Source of the DNA: Ignicoccus islandicus DSM 13165
Lineage (GTDB): Archaea; Thermoproteota; Thermoprotei_A; Sulfolobales; Ignicoccaceae
NCBI RefSeq assembly: GCF_001481685.1
Contig: NZ_CP006867.1
Coordinates: 1,260,001-1,292,000 of the forward strand
Direction of reading: 5' to 3'
Length of the DNA stretch: 32,000 nucleotides
Each line of letters begins with the position of its first letter. The first letter of the stretch is position 1. Position numbers and translations under genes: made by a program. The notes under the pieces are model-generated. The model had not been told where the DNA came from. It did not search any database and was given only the letters and a program-made list of their open reading frames with translations. Below, one piece after another: positions 1 through 9,303 of this stretch.

Positions 1-9
1 AGCGAGTGG

Positions 10-1131
10 TTGTTCGAGGCAGTCCAGCAATACTACAAAATAAAGGAGAAATGGGGAGAGTTCAAGCCGGACGTGACGAAAGACTACAAGTACGGTAAGC
101 TTTCTTCAAAGGTAGAGGTACTAGCCAACCCTCCAAAGAACGGTTTCGGTAGATTGACTGAAGTTCCACTAAGAACTTATTGGATCGTCGAATCTAGGAA
201 GGCTGACGTAAAGAAGTTAGGTAACAACATTACATTAATATATAATAAGGAAAGAGTTGCATTAGCTGCCGAAACCCACGGTGAGTACGAGGACTACACG
301 TATGGGTTCTCATATACACTAGATCCTGTATGGGAAGATTACGAGGTGTCGGCTGCAGTAGCCTTCGGTCTTGCCGCATTAAGGGTAAAGGATAACATTG
401 ACGTGACCGAGTTTGCATATGCAATAAGTAGTAGATATGGATACAAGGAGCTAATCGTATGGGAACGTGAGGCCTCGGGTATACTGCAGAAGCTAGGCAT
501 GGAGAGAGTGAAAACAGCACTAGAAGAAGTTAGAATAGATAAGCTCTTGGAAACTTTAGCACTGATGATAGACTCTGAGTCAGTAGAGCTTAGCTTAAAG
601 AAAGCAACGAACTACGCGGACTTAAAAAAGAAATTACTCAATGTATTCGAATCAATTAACGCAGAACCGAGCGATATGCTGATCGAAATGCTAAAAACGC
701 CATGCAGGGAGGGAAGCGCTACCGCTTTCATCTACGACGACTCTACCTCTACCATCTATATTTCGGATAACGGTGAGTTTAAATCTATAAAGGTAGAAAA
801 ACCCAAAGATTTAGCTCCATTAGCGGATATATTTCGTCGGAGCAAAGTTGTAGTGACTTTCATGCCCCCTAGAAAGCTCGAACGATTAGTTAGAACTTAT
901 CCATTGCTTTACAAGGCATACCTAGAGGGTACTACTAAGAACAGTATTTTGAATATGTACAACATCTTAAAGAATAGGCTTAGGGTAAAGTGGTTAGATT
1001 TAAACAAGGTTGCAGAGAAATTGGGGATGGAACTAAGTACTCCGAGAGACGCATTAGCTTTAATAGAGGAACTTTACTTCAAGTGGCAAGGCTACCTTGA
1101 CGAAACCGCTAAAAGCGAAAGTAAAAACTAA
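10..1131 (+). CDS. hypothetical protein (probably open at the 5' window edge)
   Basis: Long ORF, 373 aa from a TTG; frame seems to continue upstream; no family recognised. Confidence 0.7.
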   Translation: MFEAVQQYYKIKEKWGEFKPDVTKDYKYGKLSSKVEVLANPPKNGFGRLTEVPLRTYWIVESRKADVKKLGNNITLIYNKERVALAAETHGEYEDYTYGFSYTLDPVWEDYEVSAAVAFGLAALRVKDNIDVTEFAYAISSRYGYKELIVWEREASGILQKLGMERVKTALEEVRIDKLLETLALMIDSESVELSLKKATNYADLKKKLLNVFESINAEPSDMLIEMLKTPCREGSATAFIYDDSTSTIYISDNGEFKSIKVEKPKDLAPLADIFRRSKVVVTFMPPRKLERLVRTYPLLYKAYLEGTTKNSILNMYNILKNRLRVKWLDLNKVAEKLGMELSTPRDALALIEELYFKWQGYLDETAKSESKN

Positions 1132-1185
1132 GTACTGAACTTTAGTATCCACGCAGACTCAGAGATTTCAAGGGCCGGTATTGCT

Positions 1186-1893
1186 GTGTTACCGAAGTTC
1201 ATTGTGGACGAAGTCGCAAAGAGAATAGCTGGTGAAATAGCTCTCTCTGAGAGGCCAGGGGATGCTCTGAAAAAGTGGAGGGAGATCTTCGGGGTAACGC
1301 AAACGGAAGTATCGAGAGCTATGGGCGTTACTTCTAGTGTAATTAGCGACTACGAGAAAGGAAAGCGGAGTCCGGGAAGTAACTTCATCAGAAGATACGT
1401 AAACGCCCTTATTGAAATCGACAGAAATAGGGGATGGGTAGTCGTTAGTTCACTGGCCCAAAAGTTCTTAGGTATAAGTACTCGAACGATTGATTTGTGG
1501 GATTACAAGAAGGCCGTAAAAGTTGCAGATATAGTAACATCGGTCAAAGGTCACATAGTGACTTCTCACATAGATCCGGAGGAAATCGTATACGGATACA
1601 TGGTAATAGATAGTTTAAGAACAATTGAAGAGATGGATAGCAAAGACTTCATGGTACTCATGGGCATGAGTTATAGGCGTGTTGTCGTATTCACCAGAGT
1701 TGAGAGCGGGCGATCGCCAATGGTTGCAATAAGGGTTTCCCAACTAAAGCCTAGCCTCGTAGTGCTTCACAGACCTACTCGGTTAGATAGACTTGGAGTT
1801 AGAATTGCTGAAAAGGAGGGCATTACTCTAATTGTGTCCCTACATCCTACAGTAAGTACGCTCATAGAATCTTTAAGGAGATTGGATGCCTAA
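1186..1893 (+). CDS. XRE-type HTH transcriptional regulator, archaeal two-domain family
   Basis: HTH region GVTQTEVSRAMGVTSSVISDYEKGKRSPGSNFIRRY followed by a conserved-looking C-terminal domain. Confidence 0.8.
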   Translation: MLPKFIVDEVAKRIAGEIALSERPGDALKKWREIFGVTQTEVSRAMGVTSSVISDYEKGKRSPGSNFIRRYVNALIEIDRNRGWVVVSSLAQKFLGISTRTIDLWDYKKAVKVADIVTSVKGHIVTSHIDPEEIVYGYMVIDSLRTIEEMDSKDFMVLMGMSYRRVVVFTRVESGRSPMVAIRVSQLKPSLVVLHRPTRLDRLGVRIAEKEGITLIVSLHPTVSTLIESLRRLDA

Positions 1894-2261
1894 CAACCTG
1901 ATTCTTGAAGCTTCAGTATAGCTTCTGCTATGTCGCCTTTCGTTTCCTCCAAGGCTTTCCGGGCAACTTCTTCACTGCAACCGGTTTCCTCTGCAACGAT
2001 TTTCACGTCTTCGTCGCTTATCTCAATGACGCTCGCTCCTTCCCTTTCTATTTTCTCAACTCTAACGTCTTGAGCAATTACCTGATAGGCCTTGGCAGAA
2101 CCCGGAACCTCTATTTCTATTACCTTTGGCTGTTCTATTACTATTCGCTCCTCTTCAGTTTCTATTATAACCCTCTTGGCGTCCGCTATTTCATACATCT
2201 TTATACCGGCTTTCTTCAGCATCTTTTCCAAAGATTTTCCTCCTAATCCGAACGGTAACAA
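1890..2261 (-). CDS. nac: Nascent polypeptide-associated complex protein (archaeal NAC)
   Basis: NAC-like core RVIIETEEERIVIEQPKVIEIEVPGSAKAYQVI plus C-terminal UBA domain DVKIVAEETGCSEEVARKALEETKGDIAEAILKL. Confidence 0.93.
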   Translation of the reverse strand: MLPFGLGGKSLEKMLKKAGIKMYEIADAKRVIIETEEERIVIEQPKVIEIEVPGSAKAYQVIAQDVRVEKIEREGASVIEISDEDVKIVAEETGCSEEVARKALEETKGDIAEAILKLQESGC

Positions 2262-2393
2262 AGTCTTACCCGTCCTACCCCAGCACTTGGCGATTTAATA
2301 TCTGAACACGTTTGACCTAATTATTTTACTACCTAACCTTTCACTATACGACGGTAAGAAGAATCATGTTAGAATGAGGTGAAGGTGGGGTAA

Positions 2394-3683
2394 ATGAGTT
2401 CAGTAGAGATAACGTTTTTGGGTGGCGCAAGGGAAGTCGGTAGAGCCGCTTACGTGGTAAAGGATAGCAAAGCAACGTTGCTTATGGATTACGGAGTAAG
2501 CTTCGACGAGGAAGATCGTCCGGTCCTTCCGGGCCACGTATCGCCTAAGGATTTGAACGCTATTTTACTCAGCCACGCTCATTTAGATCACAGCGGCGCT
2601 TTACCGCTCCTCTACAGCAGTATAAGAATACCGATTTACATGACTAGAACTACGAGGGATCTAACCGGAATACTTATAAACGATTTCTTGAAGCTCTCAG
2701 GATATTACGTCCCTTACGGGCACACCGAAGTAAAAGAGATGATGTCCTCGGTAAGACTAGTGAAATATAGAAAGGAGTTTCAAATTCCGGAGGCAAGTGG
2801 TGCAACCGTAACTTTCTACGATGCCGGTCACATTCCCGGAAGCGCAATGATAAAAGTGGAAATGCCAGATGGAGCAAAGGTCCTCTATACTGGCGATGTA
2901 AAGGTTCACCCAACGAAGCTGCTCAGTGGCGCTGACTTGAACGGTCTAGAAGCAGACGTTCTCATTATCGAAGGAACGTACGGGAAGAGCATACACCCGA
3001 GAAGAGAAGACGTAGAGGCCCTCCTCGTTGGTGACGTAGAGGAAGTTGCTGCCCAAGGAGGTACAATATTGATACCAGCCTTCAGCGTAGGTAGAAGCCA
3101 AGAAGTACTGTGCATATTACATGAGAGGGGTATTGATATTCCAATATATCTAGATGGAATGGTAAGAGGTGTCACAGAACTCCTTATACAGTCGCAAAAC
3201 AAAAACTCTCTAAGGAACCCAGATCTTCTGGAGAAAGCGTTCGAGGAAGCGTATGTAGTAAGAGGATGGAAGGATAGGAAGCAGATATGGAAAAGGCCGT
3301 CTGTTATAATAGCGTCTGCTGGGATGTTAAGAGGCGGACCTTCTCTTTATTATGCCCGTCATCTTCAGAACGAAGCCAGAGCCGCCACATTCCTAGTTTC
3401 ATTCCAAGCTCCGGGGACTCCCGGACGGAGATTACTAGAAGAAGGTAGATTGGAACCCGACTCCGGGGAGTTCAAACCACGCTTAGAATGGTTCGACTTA
3501 TCTAGCCATGCTGGTCTCGATGAGTTACTGAAAATTGTTGGATCTATAAAGAACTTAAAGAAGGTAATAATCGTACACTCAGAAGAGAGTACGGCTCAAT
3601 ACTTCGCCGAAAGAATAAAGGAATCATATGACCTAGATGTAATTATACCGAACCCTAACGAAACCATCAAAATTGATATATGA
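2394..3683 (+). CDS. Beta-CASP metallo-beta-lactamase RNase (aCPSF2 / mRNA 3'-processing-like exonuclease)
   Basis: HAHLDHSG motif, ITFLGGAREVGR N-terminus, GYGKS-like EGTYGKS, VSFQAPGTPGRRLLE, IIVHSE. Confidence 0.92.
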   Translation: MSSVEITFLGGAREVGRAAYVVKDSKATLLMDYGVSFDEEDRPVLPGHVSPKDLNAILLSHAHLDHSGALPLLYSSIRIPIYMTRTTRDLTGILINDFLKLSGYYVPYGHTEVKEMMSSVRLVKYRKEFQIPEASGATVTFYDAGHIPGSAMIKVEMPDGAKVLYTGDVKVHPTKLLSGADLNGLEADVLIIEGTYGKSIHPRREDVEALLVGDVEEVAAQGGTILIPAFSVGRSQEVLCILHERGIDIPIYLDGMVRGVTELLIQSQNKNSLRNPDLLEKAFEEAYVVRGWKDRKQIWKRPSVIIASAGMLRGGPSLYYARHLQNEARAATFLVSFQAPGTPGRRLLEEGRLEPDSGEFKPRLEWFDLSSHAGLDELLKIVGSIKNLKKVIIVHSEESTAQYFAERIKESYDLDVIIPNPNETIKIDI

Positions 3684-3684
3684 C

Positions 3685-3912
3685 TTACTCGAAAATAGTT
3701 ATTGCCTCACAACCGCTTTTTTCCTTTATTTCGTTCAGTACTTTATCTAATTCGTTGGTAGGTACAATTATTACGTACATCTTACGGGCTGTCTTCACCT
3801 TAACTTTGCTTTTTTCGGCACCTTTCGTTACCTTACATTCGACTATATTCTTGTTAGGTTTCGATAAAACTCTTTCATTTAATTCTTCTATGGATTGAAG
3901 AAGTACTGGCAT
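3685..3912 (-). CDS. Possible crenarchaeal ribosomal protein L38e
   Basis: 75 aa basic protein; VKVKTARKMYVIIVPTNELDKVLNEI resembles the L38e core; converges on the RNase gene. Confidence 0.5.
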   Translation of the reverse strand: MPVLLQSIEELNERVLSKPNKNIVECKVTKGAEKSKVKVKTARKMYVIIVPTNELDKVLNEIKEKSGCEAITIFE

Positions 3913-3951
3913 CCTTTACTCCACCCTCATCTGGAGTCTATAACGACTTAT

Positions 3952-4593
3952 TTAACGATTGAGACACCTTTCTATATATTCTCTCTTAAGGTCTCTCTCT
4001 ACGACCTCTCCCCGAGGACTCAGCTCGGTCCACGTCCTTCCTCTGAAGAGCGTTGCTTGCGTTCCTTCATCGAGCCAACAATCTGGTGGTAAACCGGCCT
4101 TAATGCAAGTCTCGGCGATGAACGTCTCTTCGTCCCAACAATATTCCACTGGTACCTCTGGTAAGAGTACGCCGCTGAACGGTCCTCTTCTTATTATTAT
4201 TCCCGTTTCACCTATCTTTATTTTCTTTAAGGCTTCACGAGCACTGTACGTTTCGTGATCTCCCAAGACGCTTACCTCAACGACTAAATGGTCCATCTCA
4301 TCCAGCGATACTGGGTAGAATCTTGGGTCGCTAGTAGCCGCCGCTATTGCTACGTCTACTACAGTCTCAGCTAGCGGCTTTATGGGTTCTACGTAACCTA
4401 TACATCCTCTTAACTCTCTATGGGGATAAGTAAGTAAAGTTACGAATGCCGCGCCTTCTTCCAGTAATCTAGGAGGTACGTCTTCGGGCATTATTCTCCT
4501 TCCGGTCCTTAGGTACTCCTCAATAGCTCTCCTAGCTAACTTGACCAGATATTTACCATCTTCTAAAGTAAGTGAATCTAGAGATATTACCAT
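3952..4593 (-). CDS. AMMECR1 domain protein
   Basis: LRGCIGYVEPIKPLAETVVDVAIAAATSDPRFYPVSLDEM is the AMMECR1 signature. Confidence 0.93.
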   Translation of the reverse strand: MVISLDSLTLEDGKYLVKLARRAIEEYLRTGRRIMPEDVPPRLLEEGAAFVTLLTYPHRELRGCIGYVEPIKPLAETVVDVAIAAATSDPRFYPVSLDEMDHLVVEVSVLGDHETYSAREALKKIKIGETGIIIRRGPFSGVLLPEVPVEYCWDEETFIAETCIKAGLPPDCWLDEGTQATLFRGRTWTELSPRGEVVERDLKREYIERCLNR

Positions 4594-4605
4594 ACTACTG
4601 CTCCG

Positions 4606-4656
4606 AAGCGTAGAAGTCGTTTCGAGCTTAGTAAGCTTACGACTTGTAGAACGCTT
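4606..4656. other. Three-tier inverted repeat / hairpin
   Basis: AAGCGT-AG-AAGTCGT-TTC-GAGCTT-AGT-AAGCTT-ACGACTT-GTAGA-ACGCTT; outer 6 bp, middle 7 bp, inner 6 bp with one G.T. Confidence 0.8.
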
Positions 4657-4705
4657 ACAATACTTTACTTCAACTTAACAAAGGCCTTTCCGAGGGTAGA
4701 CTTGA

Positions 4706-5329
4706 ATGAAAATCGCTCCGGGATCACTAGTATTAGATGGAAGTTTGTTCGAGGAACTTAAACATAGATTCTACCGCGTAGTCGCTAATAGGAGTGCCTT
4801 CATATTGGATGAACCGTTTATTGCAAAGGTCGTTTGTTACGGTGAAAAGTTATTCGTAAGCTTTCGCCAAGGGAGCTTAATAGTGAATACTGAAGACGAC
4901 GAGGTAGTAGATGAATTATTGGATCTTGGAGCTTGTATAGTAATGGAATACGCCTGGGCTAATCTACGAGAATTAAATTGGGTTCTAAGGGAAGTGCCTA
5001 ACTGGTTGGTAGAAGACGCGAAAAAGGCAGGATTTTCCATAAATAATAGAACAGGCTTAGGAACATTGAAAAGCTTCAACGAGACTGACTGTGAAGGCGA
5101 GTTACGCCTAGTTAAACCGTGGCACCCAACGGTAATAGGAATGGAAAACGGTGACGTTTGTTTTACTAAGTGTAAAACTAATCAGCCGGAACATGGTGAC
5201 GTAATCGCTAGTTGCAATGGCTTTCCTGCTTTAGAAATAATAGGAGAAAACGAAGCGTTCGTGACCCCGCTGAGCGAACCATGGAAAGCGTTACCCATAG
5301 TTGCATATGTAGGTTCAAGACCCACGTAA
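4706..5329 (+). CDS. hypothetical protein
   Basis: 207 aa ORF in its own slot between divergent and convergent neighbours; no recognised family. Confidence 0.7.
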   Translation: MKIAPGSLVLDGSLFEELKHRFYRVVANRSAFILDEPFIAKVVCYGEKLFVSFRQGSLIVNTEDDEVVDELLDLGACIVMEYAWANLRELNWVLREVPNWLVEDAKKAGFSINNRTGLGTLKSFNETDCEGELRLVKPWHPTVIGMENGDVCFTKCKTNQPEHGDVIASCNGFPALEIIGENEAFVTPLSEPWKALPIVAYVGSRPT

Positions 5330-5390
5330 TGGGGATGAGAAATGCACGTCAGGCTGAGCTCGCGTGATGATGATTGGCCTTTATGACCCA
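5330..5390 (+). ncRNA. Candidate C/D box guide sRNA (imperfect C and D boxes)
   Basis: TGGG ... CCCA terminal stem; degenerate C (GATGAGA); D' CTGA 5354-5357; perfect C' GTGATGA 5364-5370; 12-nt guide; D-like ATGA 5383-5386. Confidence 0.35.
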
Positions 5391-6277
5391 CTTAATTCGA
5401 TAATACCTCTCTTTAGGAACTCTCCGGCTCGGAGACCTATTTCAGGTCCGCTTCCGATTAATTCTACATCCAAACGGGTCTTTATCTTCAAATCGAAGGC
5501 AACCGCCTTTAGCATTATCCCATTATCATTAACAAAAGATATTGCTCCCAGGGGAATATGACATCCACCACCAAAGGAAAGTAGAACGTTTCTTTCAGTT
5601 CTAGCCATTAGCTCGGAGCGATTGTCGCTCACCTTCCTTAACATCTCGTATAGTTCTGAGTCCTTGCGTGTAACGGCCACTACTATCCCTTGAGCAGGAG
5701 ATGGAGTGAACGTTTTCCAATCCAAACGCTGGTATTCGACGTCAATTCCTAACCTGCGTAAACCTGCCTCAGCGAGAATTATGGCGTCGTATTCCCCTTC
5801 TCTTAACTTTCTTAGCCGGGTATCTACGTTACCTCTAAGGTCGCGTACTTCTAGATCGGGGCGTAAGTTCTTTATTAGGGCTTTCCTCCTTGCAGAGGAA
5901 GTTCCTACGACCGCTCCACTTGGAAGTTCTTCCAGTCTCTCACCATTTCTACTAATTAAGACGTCATAGGGAGGGTCGCGAGGTAAGTATAAAGCTATTA
6001 CTAATTCGTCACTCAATTTAGTACTTAAGTCCTTTAGCGAATGAACCGCCACGTCAGCCTTTCCATCTATTACGGCCTTATTCACTTCCTTTTCGAAGAG
6101 CCCAACGTGACCTTTCTTAGCTAGTTCTTCAAAAGGCAACTGAAACTTGTCTCCCGTAGTTTTTACTTTAATCACTTCGAACTCGATTCCATCGTAATGT
6201 TTCGTTAAATATTCTTGGAACGTTTCGACTTGTTTTAAGCTAAGCTTACTTCCTCGAGCGGCAATGCGTACTCTCAA
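5381..6277 (-). CDS. hemC: Porphobilinogen deaminase (hydroxymethylbilane synthase)
   Basis: MRVRIAARGSKLSLKQVE, AVHSLKDLSTKL, GTSSARRKALI, DLRGNVDTRLRKL, GGGCHIPLGA. Confidence 0.97.
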   Translation of the reverse strand: MRVRIAARGSKLSLKQVETFQEYLTKHYDGIEFEVIKVKTTGDKFQLPFEELAKKGHVGLFEKEVNKAVIDGKADVAVHSLKDLSTKLSDELVIALYLPRDPPYDVLISRNGERLEELPSGAVVGTSSARRKALIKNLRPDLEVRDLRGNVDTRLRKLREGEYDAIILAEAGLRRLGIDVEYQRLDWKTFTPSPAQGIVVAVTRKDSELYEMLRKVSDNRSELMARTERNVLLSFGGGCHIPLGAISFVNDNGIMLKAVAFDLKIKTRLDVELIGSGPEIGLRAGEFLKRGIIELSGS

Positions 6278-7545
6278 GCTTGAAGCACCTTAGCTACTTC
6301 CGATATCACATCGATCGTTCTCTCAACTATATCACTAGCATGCGCTGCCGAAGTGAACCAAGCTTCGAACATGCTTGGTGCAATGAAGACGCCCCTCTTA
6401 AGGAGTTCCGTATGCAATCTTTCAATTAACGCTCTATCAGCTTTTTGAGCGTCACTATAGTTTTCAACTTTCTCAACCTTAGGGAACCACTGGAACATGC
6501 TAGCTATATGATTAACAACGCCTCCAAACTTACTTACGAGTTCTTGTTCTATAGCCTTTACCACAGCGTGCGCCGCTGAGTTAGCGGTTTCGTAAACGTA
6601 ATCGCGCTCTAGTTCGGAAATCGTTGCTAATCCCGCAATCATTGTTACGGGATGGGCATTGAAAGTACCAGCATTAAACACCGGGCCAGAAGGCGCCAAG
6701 TATTCCATTATCTCTTTCTTACCTCCAACAGCACCAACGGGGAATCCTCCACCTATTATCTTTCCGAGGGTCGTAATGTCAGGTATGACGTTATATCTAG
6801 CTTGGGCCCCTCCAAGACCTAGCCTATAGCCGGTAATTACTTCATCGAAAATAAGTAAAGCGCCGACGTCATCTGCTATTCTCCTCAACTCCTTTAGGAA
6901 ATTATCTTTTGGGAGAATTACACCTGCATTACCCATTACTGGCTCCACTATAATAGCTGCTAGATCGTCTTGATTCTCTTTAGCTACCTTTTCTGTTGTT
7001 TCTACGTCGTTAAACGGAACGACTAGAGTGAGTCTACTTAGCTCCTCGGGTATACCGGCTGAGCCGGGAACACCGTAATGCGAAACCGCACTTCCGGCCT
7101 TTACTAGGAGACTGTCGTTAGAGCCGTGATAGCATCCATCGAACTTGATTATTTTCTTCCTCTTGGTGTACCCGCGTGCGAGACGTATCGCAGTAACTGT
7201 TGCTTCAGTTCCCGAATTGACGAACCTTACCATGTCTATTGAAGGGAAATGAGAAATTATTTTTTCGGCAAGCTTTATCTCAGCTTCGTAAGGAGTGCCG
7301 TATAACCATCCAAGCTCCAATTGTTCCTCTACTGCTTCCTTAACGCGTGGGTGTTGGTGACCTAGGATTAAAGGCCCGTACGCTAGTACGTAGTCAATCA
7401 ATTCGTCTCCATCTACAGTAGTGAGGATAGCTCCTTCAGCCTTCTTAACATAGAAGGGATACGGCTTTACAGCTGCCCTTATGGGGCTATTAACGCCACC
7501 TGGAAATAGTTCCTTTGCTTTTTCGAATAACTCCTTAGAATTCAT
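6274..7545 (-). CDS. hemL: Glutamate-1-semialdehyde 2,1-aminomutase
   Basis: FPGGVNSPIRAAVKPYPFYVKKAEG, FVNSGTEATVTAIRLARGYT, IFDEVITGYRLG; overlaps hemC by 4 bp. Confidence 0.97.
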   Translation of the reverse strand: MNSKELFEKAKELFPGGVNSPIRAAVKPYPFYVKKAEGAILTTVDGDELIDYVLAYGPLILGHQHPRVKEAVEEQLELGWLYGTPYEAEIKLAEKIISHFPSIDMVRFVNSGTEATVTAIRLARGYTKRKKIIKFDGCYHGSNDSLLVKAGSAVSHYGVPGSAGIPEELSRLTLVVPFNDVETTEKVAKENQDDLAAIIVEPVMGNAGVILPKDNFLKELRRIADDVGALLIFDEVITGYRLGLGGAQARYNVIPDITTLGKIIGGGFPVGAVGGKKEIMEYLAPSGPVFNAGTFNAHPVTMIAGLATISELERDYVYETANSAAHAVVKAIEQELVSKFGGVVNHIASMFQWFPKVEKVENYSDAQKADRALIERLHTELLKRGVFIAPSMFEAWFTSAAHASDIVERTIDVISEVAKVLQA

Positions 7546-7673
7546 ACCTAAACGTCCCTATGAATCGTGCGGAGGTACGATATATCTACTTTGAGTGAAG
7601 TCTCTACTTGTTTCTCCAGAAATGCGATTGATATATTAACACCGGGATTGGTGTAGGTAAGGGGATCAATACT

Positions 7674-7862
7674 ATGCTATCAGTGGACATGCCTATAGCA
7701 GCCGCAGTATTGGCATTCTTGCTGACGCTCTGGCTCATCTATTTCTCTCCCGTCTCATGGATTGTGAAATCGACGATGGATATACTCTCCGATCCCATTG
7801 TCTCGCTTGTGTCCTCGGTGGTTGCAATAGCTGCTGCGATGTATGTTCTTCAAATGATATAA
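7674..7862 (+). CDS. Small putative membrane protein (62 aa)
   Basis: ATG start, two hydrophobic segments, TATA-like gattgatatatt about 40 nt upstream; antisense to the 3' extension of the Xer ORF. Confidence 0.5.
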   Translation: MLSVDMPIAAAVLAFLLTLWLIYFSPVSWIVKSTMDILSDPIVSLVSSVVAIAAAMYVLQMI

Positions 7863-8910
7863 ATTGGGGTGAATCGTCATGATTAGCTTGGATCCCGTAA
7901 CTATATTCGTGTTCCTCGTGGTATACGTCGTAACCTATGCTATCACTAAGAGGCTCTTGCAAGACTTCGTTATACCATTGCTGATGGCCCTTGGCGTCGC
8001 CTACTACGCCTACTACGCCGTAGCCGCCATACTGGGTACGTGAGAAAGCTCTGTGATACTGCTCACTAACGTCATCGAGAAGTAGGTGTAAGTAAATTTG
8101 AGTTGTTTTTATATCGCTGTGACCAAGTAACTTTTGAAGGGCTGGTAGACTCATTCCCCTCCTTAACGCCTCGGTTGCAAAGGTGTGTCGAAGAACGTGA
8201 GGATGTACTCTTTCAGGAGAGAGCCCGGCCTTTCGTGCCAACTTCTTTAGTCTCTTATAAAGCCCTTGATAACTAAGCGGTATTAGTTTCCTTGTTTTAG
8301 AAATAAGCGGCCACGCTTGACGCAATGCCTCTTCAGTAAGAGGTCCGAATAAGACTATTCTTTCTTTTCCATACTTACCTCTCACCCTTATAGCTCTTCT
8401 CCTGAAATCGATGTCTCTAATTTCGATATTAAGAGCTTCCGAAGCTCTTAGACCTGTCTCTAGGAGTAGGGATACTATCAATCTATCTATAGGATCTACT
8501 GCCACCGATATGAGTGCATTAACTTCCTCAGGGGTTAAGGCATCAACTACATCACGTCTCGGCTTAGGAACTACGGGTAATCCATCTAGACCTATCCACT
8601 TAAGGAAGTTCCGCACAAAAAGGCTGTAGTAATGGAGTGTGGTTTGGAGCGCTTTTTTGTCGTTCTTATATTTTTTCGAAAATCCTGTCCTCATTCGGTA
8701 CTTTATCCAGTTTAAGTAATCGGTATAGCCTATCTCCTTAAGCGGTTTGTCTCCAAGATATCTAGCGAAATCCATTATCGCGACCCGGTAGCTCTTTATG
8801 GTCTTCGGATTAGCTCCGGAAGCCTCCATAAAATCGAGAAATACTTGCATGGCTTCACTAATTCTCCATTCCAAATTTGGTTTCATTGGTGGATACTTCA
8901 ATCTCCCCAT
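7735..8910 (-). CDS. xerA: XerA-type tyrosine recombinase; catalytic domain complete, ~100-aa atypical C-terminal extension
   Basis: TGLRASEALNIEIRDID, HPHVLRHTFATEALRRGMSLPALQKLLGHSDIKTTQIYLHL carries the expected catalytic R, H-x-x-R, H and Y residues; core ends near residue 290 (about nt 8043). Confidence 0.9.
   Translation of the reverse strand: MGRLKYPPMKPNLEWRISEAMQVFLDFMEASGANPKTIKSYRVAIMDFARYLGDKPLKEIGYTDYLNWIKYRMRTGFSKKYKNDKKALQTTLHYYSLFVRNFLKWIGLDGLPVVPKPRRDVVDALTPEEVNALISVAVDPIDRLIVSLLLETGLRASEALNIEIRDIDFRRRAIRVRGKYGKERIVLFGPLTEEALRQAWPLISKTRKLIPLSYQGLYKRLKKLARKAGLSPERVHPHVLRHTFATEALRRGMSLPALQKLLGHSDIKTTQIYLHLLLDDVSEQYHRAFSRTQYGGYGVVGVVGDAKGHQQWYNEVLQEPLSDSIGYDVYHEEHEYSYGIQANHDDSPQFISFEEHTSQQLLQPPRTQARQWDRRVYPSSISQSMRRERNR
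7879..8043 (+). CDS. Small putative membrane protein (54 aa)
   Basis: Reads MISLDPVTIFVFLVVYVVTYAITKRLLQDFVIPLLMALGVAYYAYYAVAAILGT; preceded by SD-like ggggtga; not in the supplied ORF track because it is <60 aa. Confidence 0.5.
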   Translation: MISLDPVTIFVFLVVYVVTYAITKRLLQDFVIPLLMALGVAYYAYYAVAAILGT

Positions 8911-8973
8911 CGCAATTATTAGACCTCTAAATGTTTTCGATGAGGCGGTTCCATACTACTGGGGTATTCCAAA

Positions 8974-9303
8974 ATGATATCAGTTGTTAACTTAAACAGA
9001 GCCCTACTGTTATCATTAATATATTTCTTACTAGCCATTTCAGACTATTATACAACTAGGGCCGTTCTAGAATCTCAAAAAGGTCACGAAGCTAATCCTA
9101 TTATGAATATAGTAATAGAAAACTATGGATTCAATACAGTCTTATTATTGCAGATTTTTTCATGGTTACTGTTTACAGTAGTCTTTATAATATACTATGA
9201 ACAGATCCCTATGGAAGTATTCTTTATATTGCTCTTGATGAAGGCACTTGTGGTAGCAAATAACTCAATCAACACATGGGTGATCGCTGGAAATGGAAAT
9301 TAA
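8974..9303 (+). CDS. DUF5658-like integral membrane protein
   Basis: Hydrophobic, ~4 TM helices; SDYYTTRAVLESQKGHEANPIMN motif resembles DUF5658. Confidence 0.7.
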   Translation: MISVVNLNRALLLSLIYFLLAISDYYTTRAVLESQKGHEANPIMNIVIENYGFNTVLLLQIFSWLLFTVVFIIYYEQIPMEVFFILLLMKALVVANNSINTWVIAGNGN

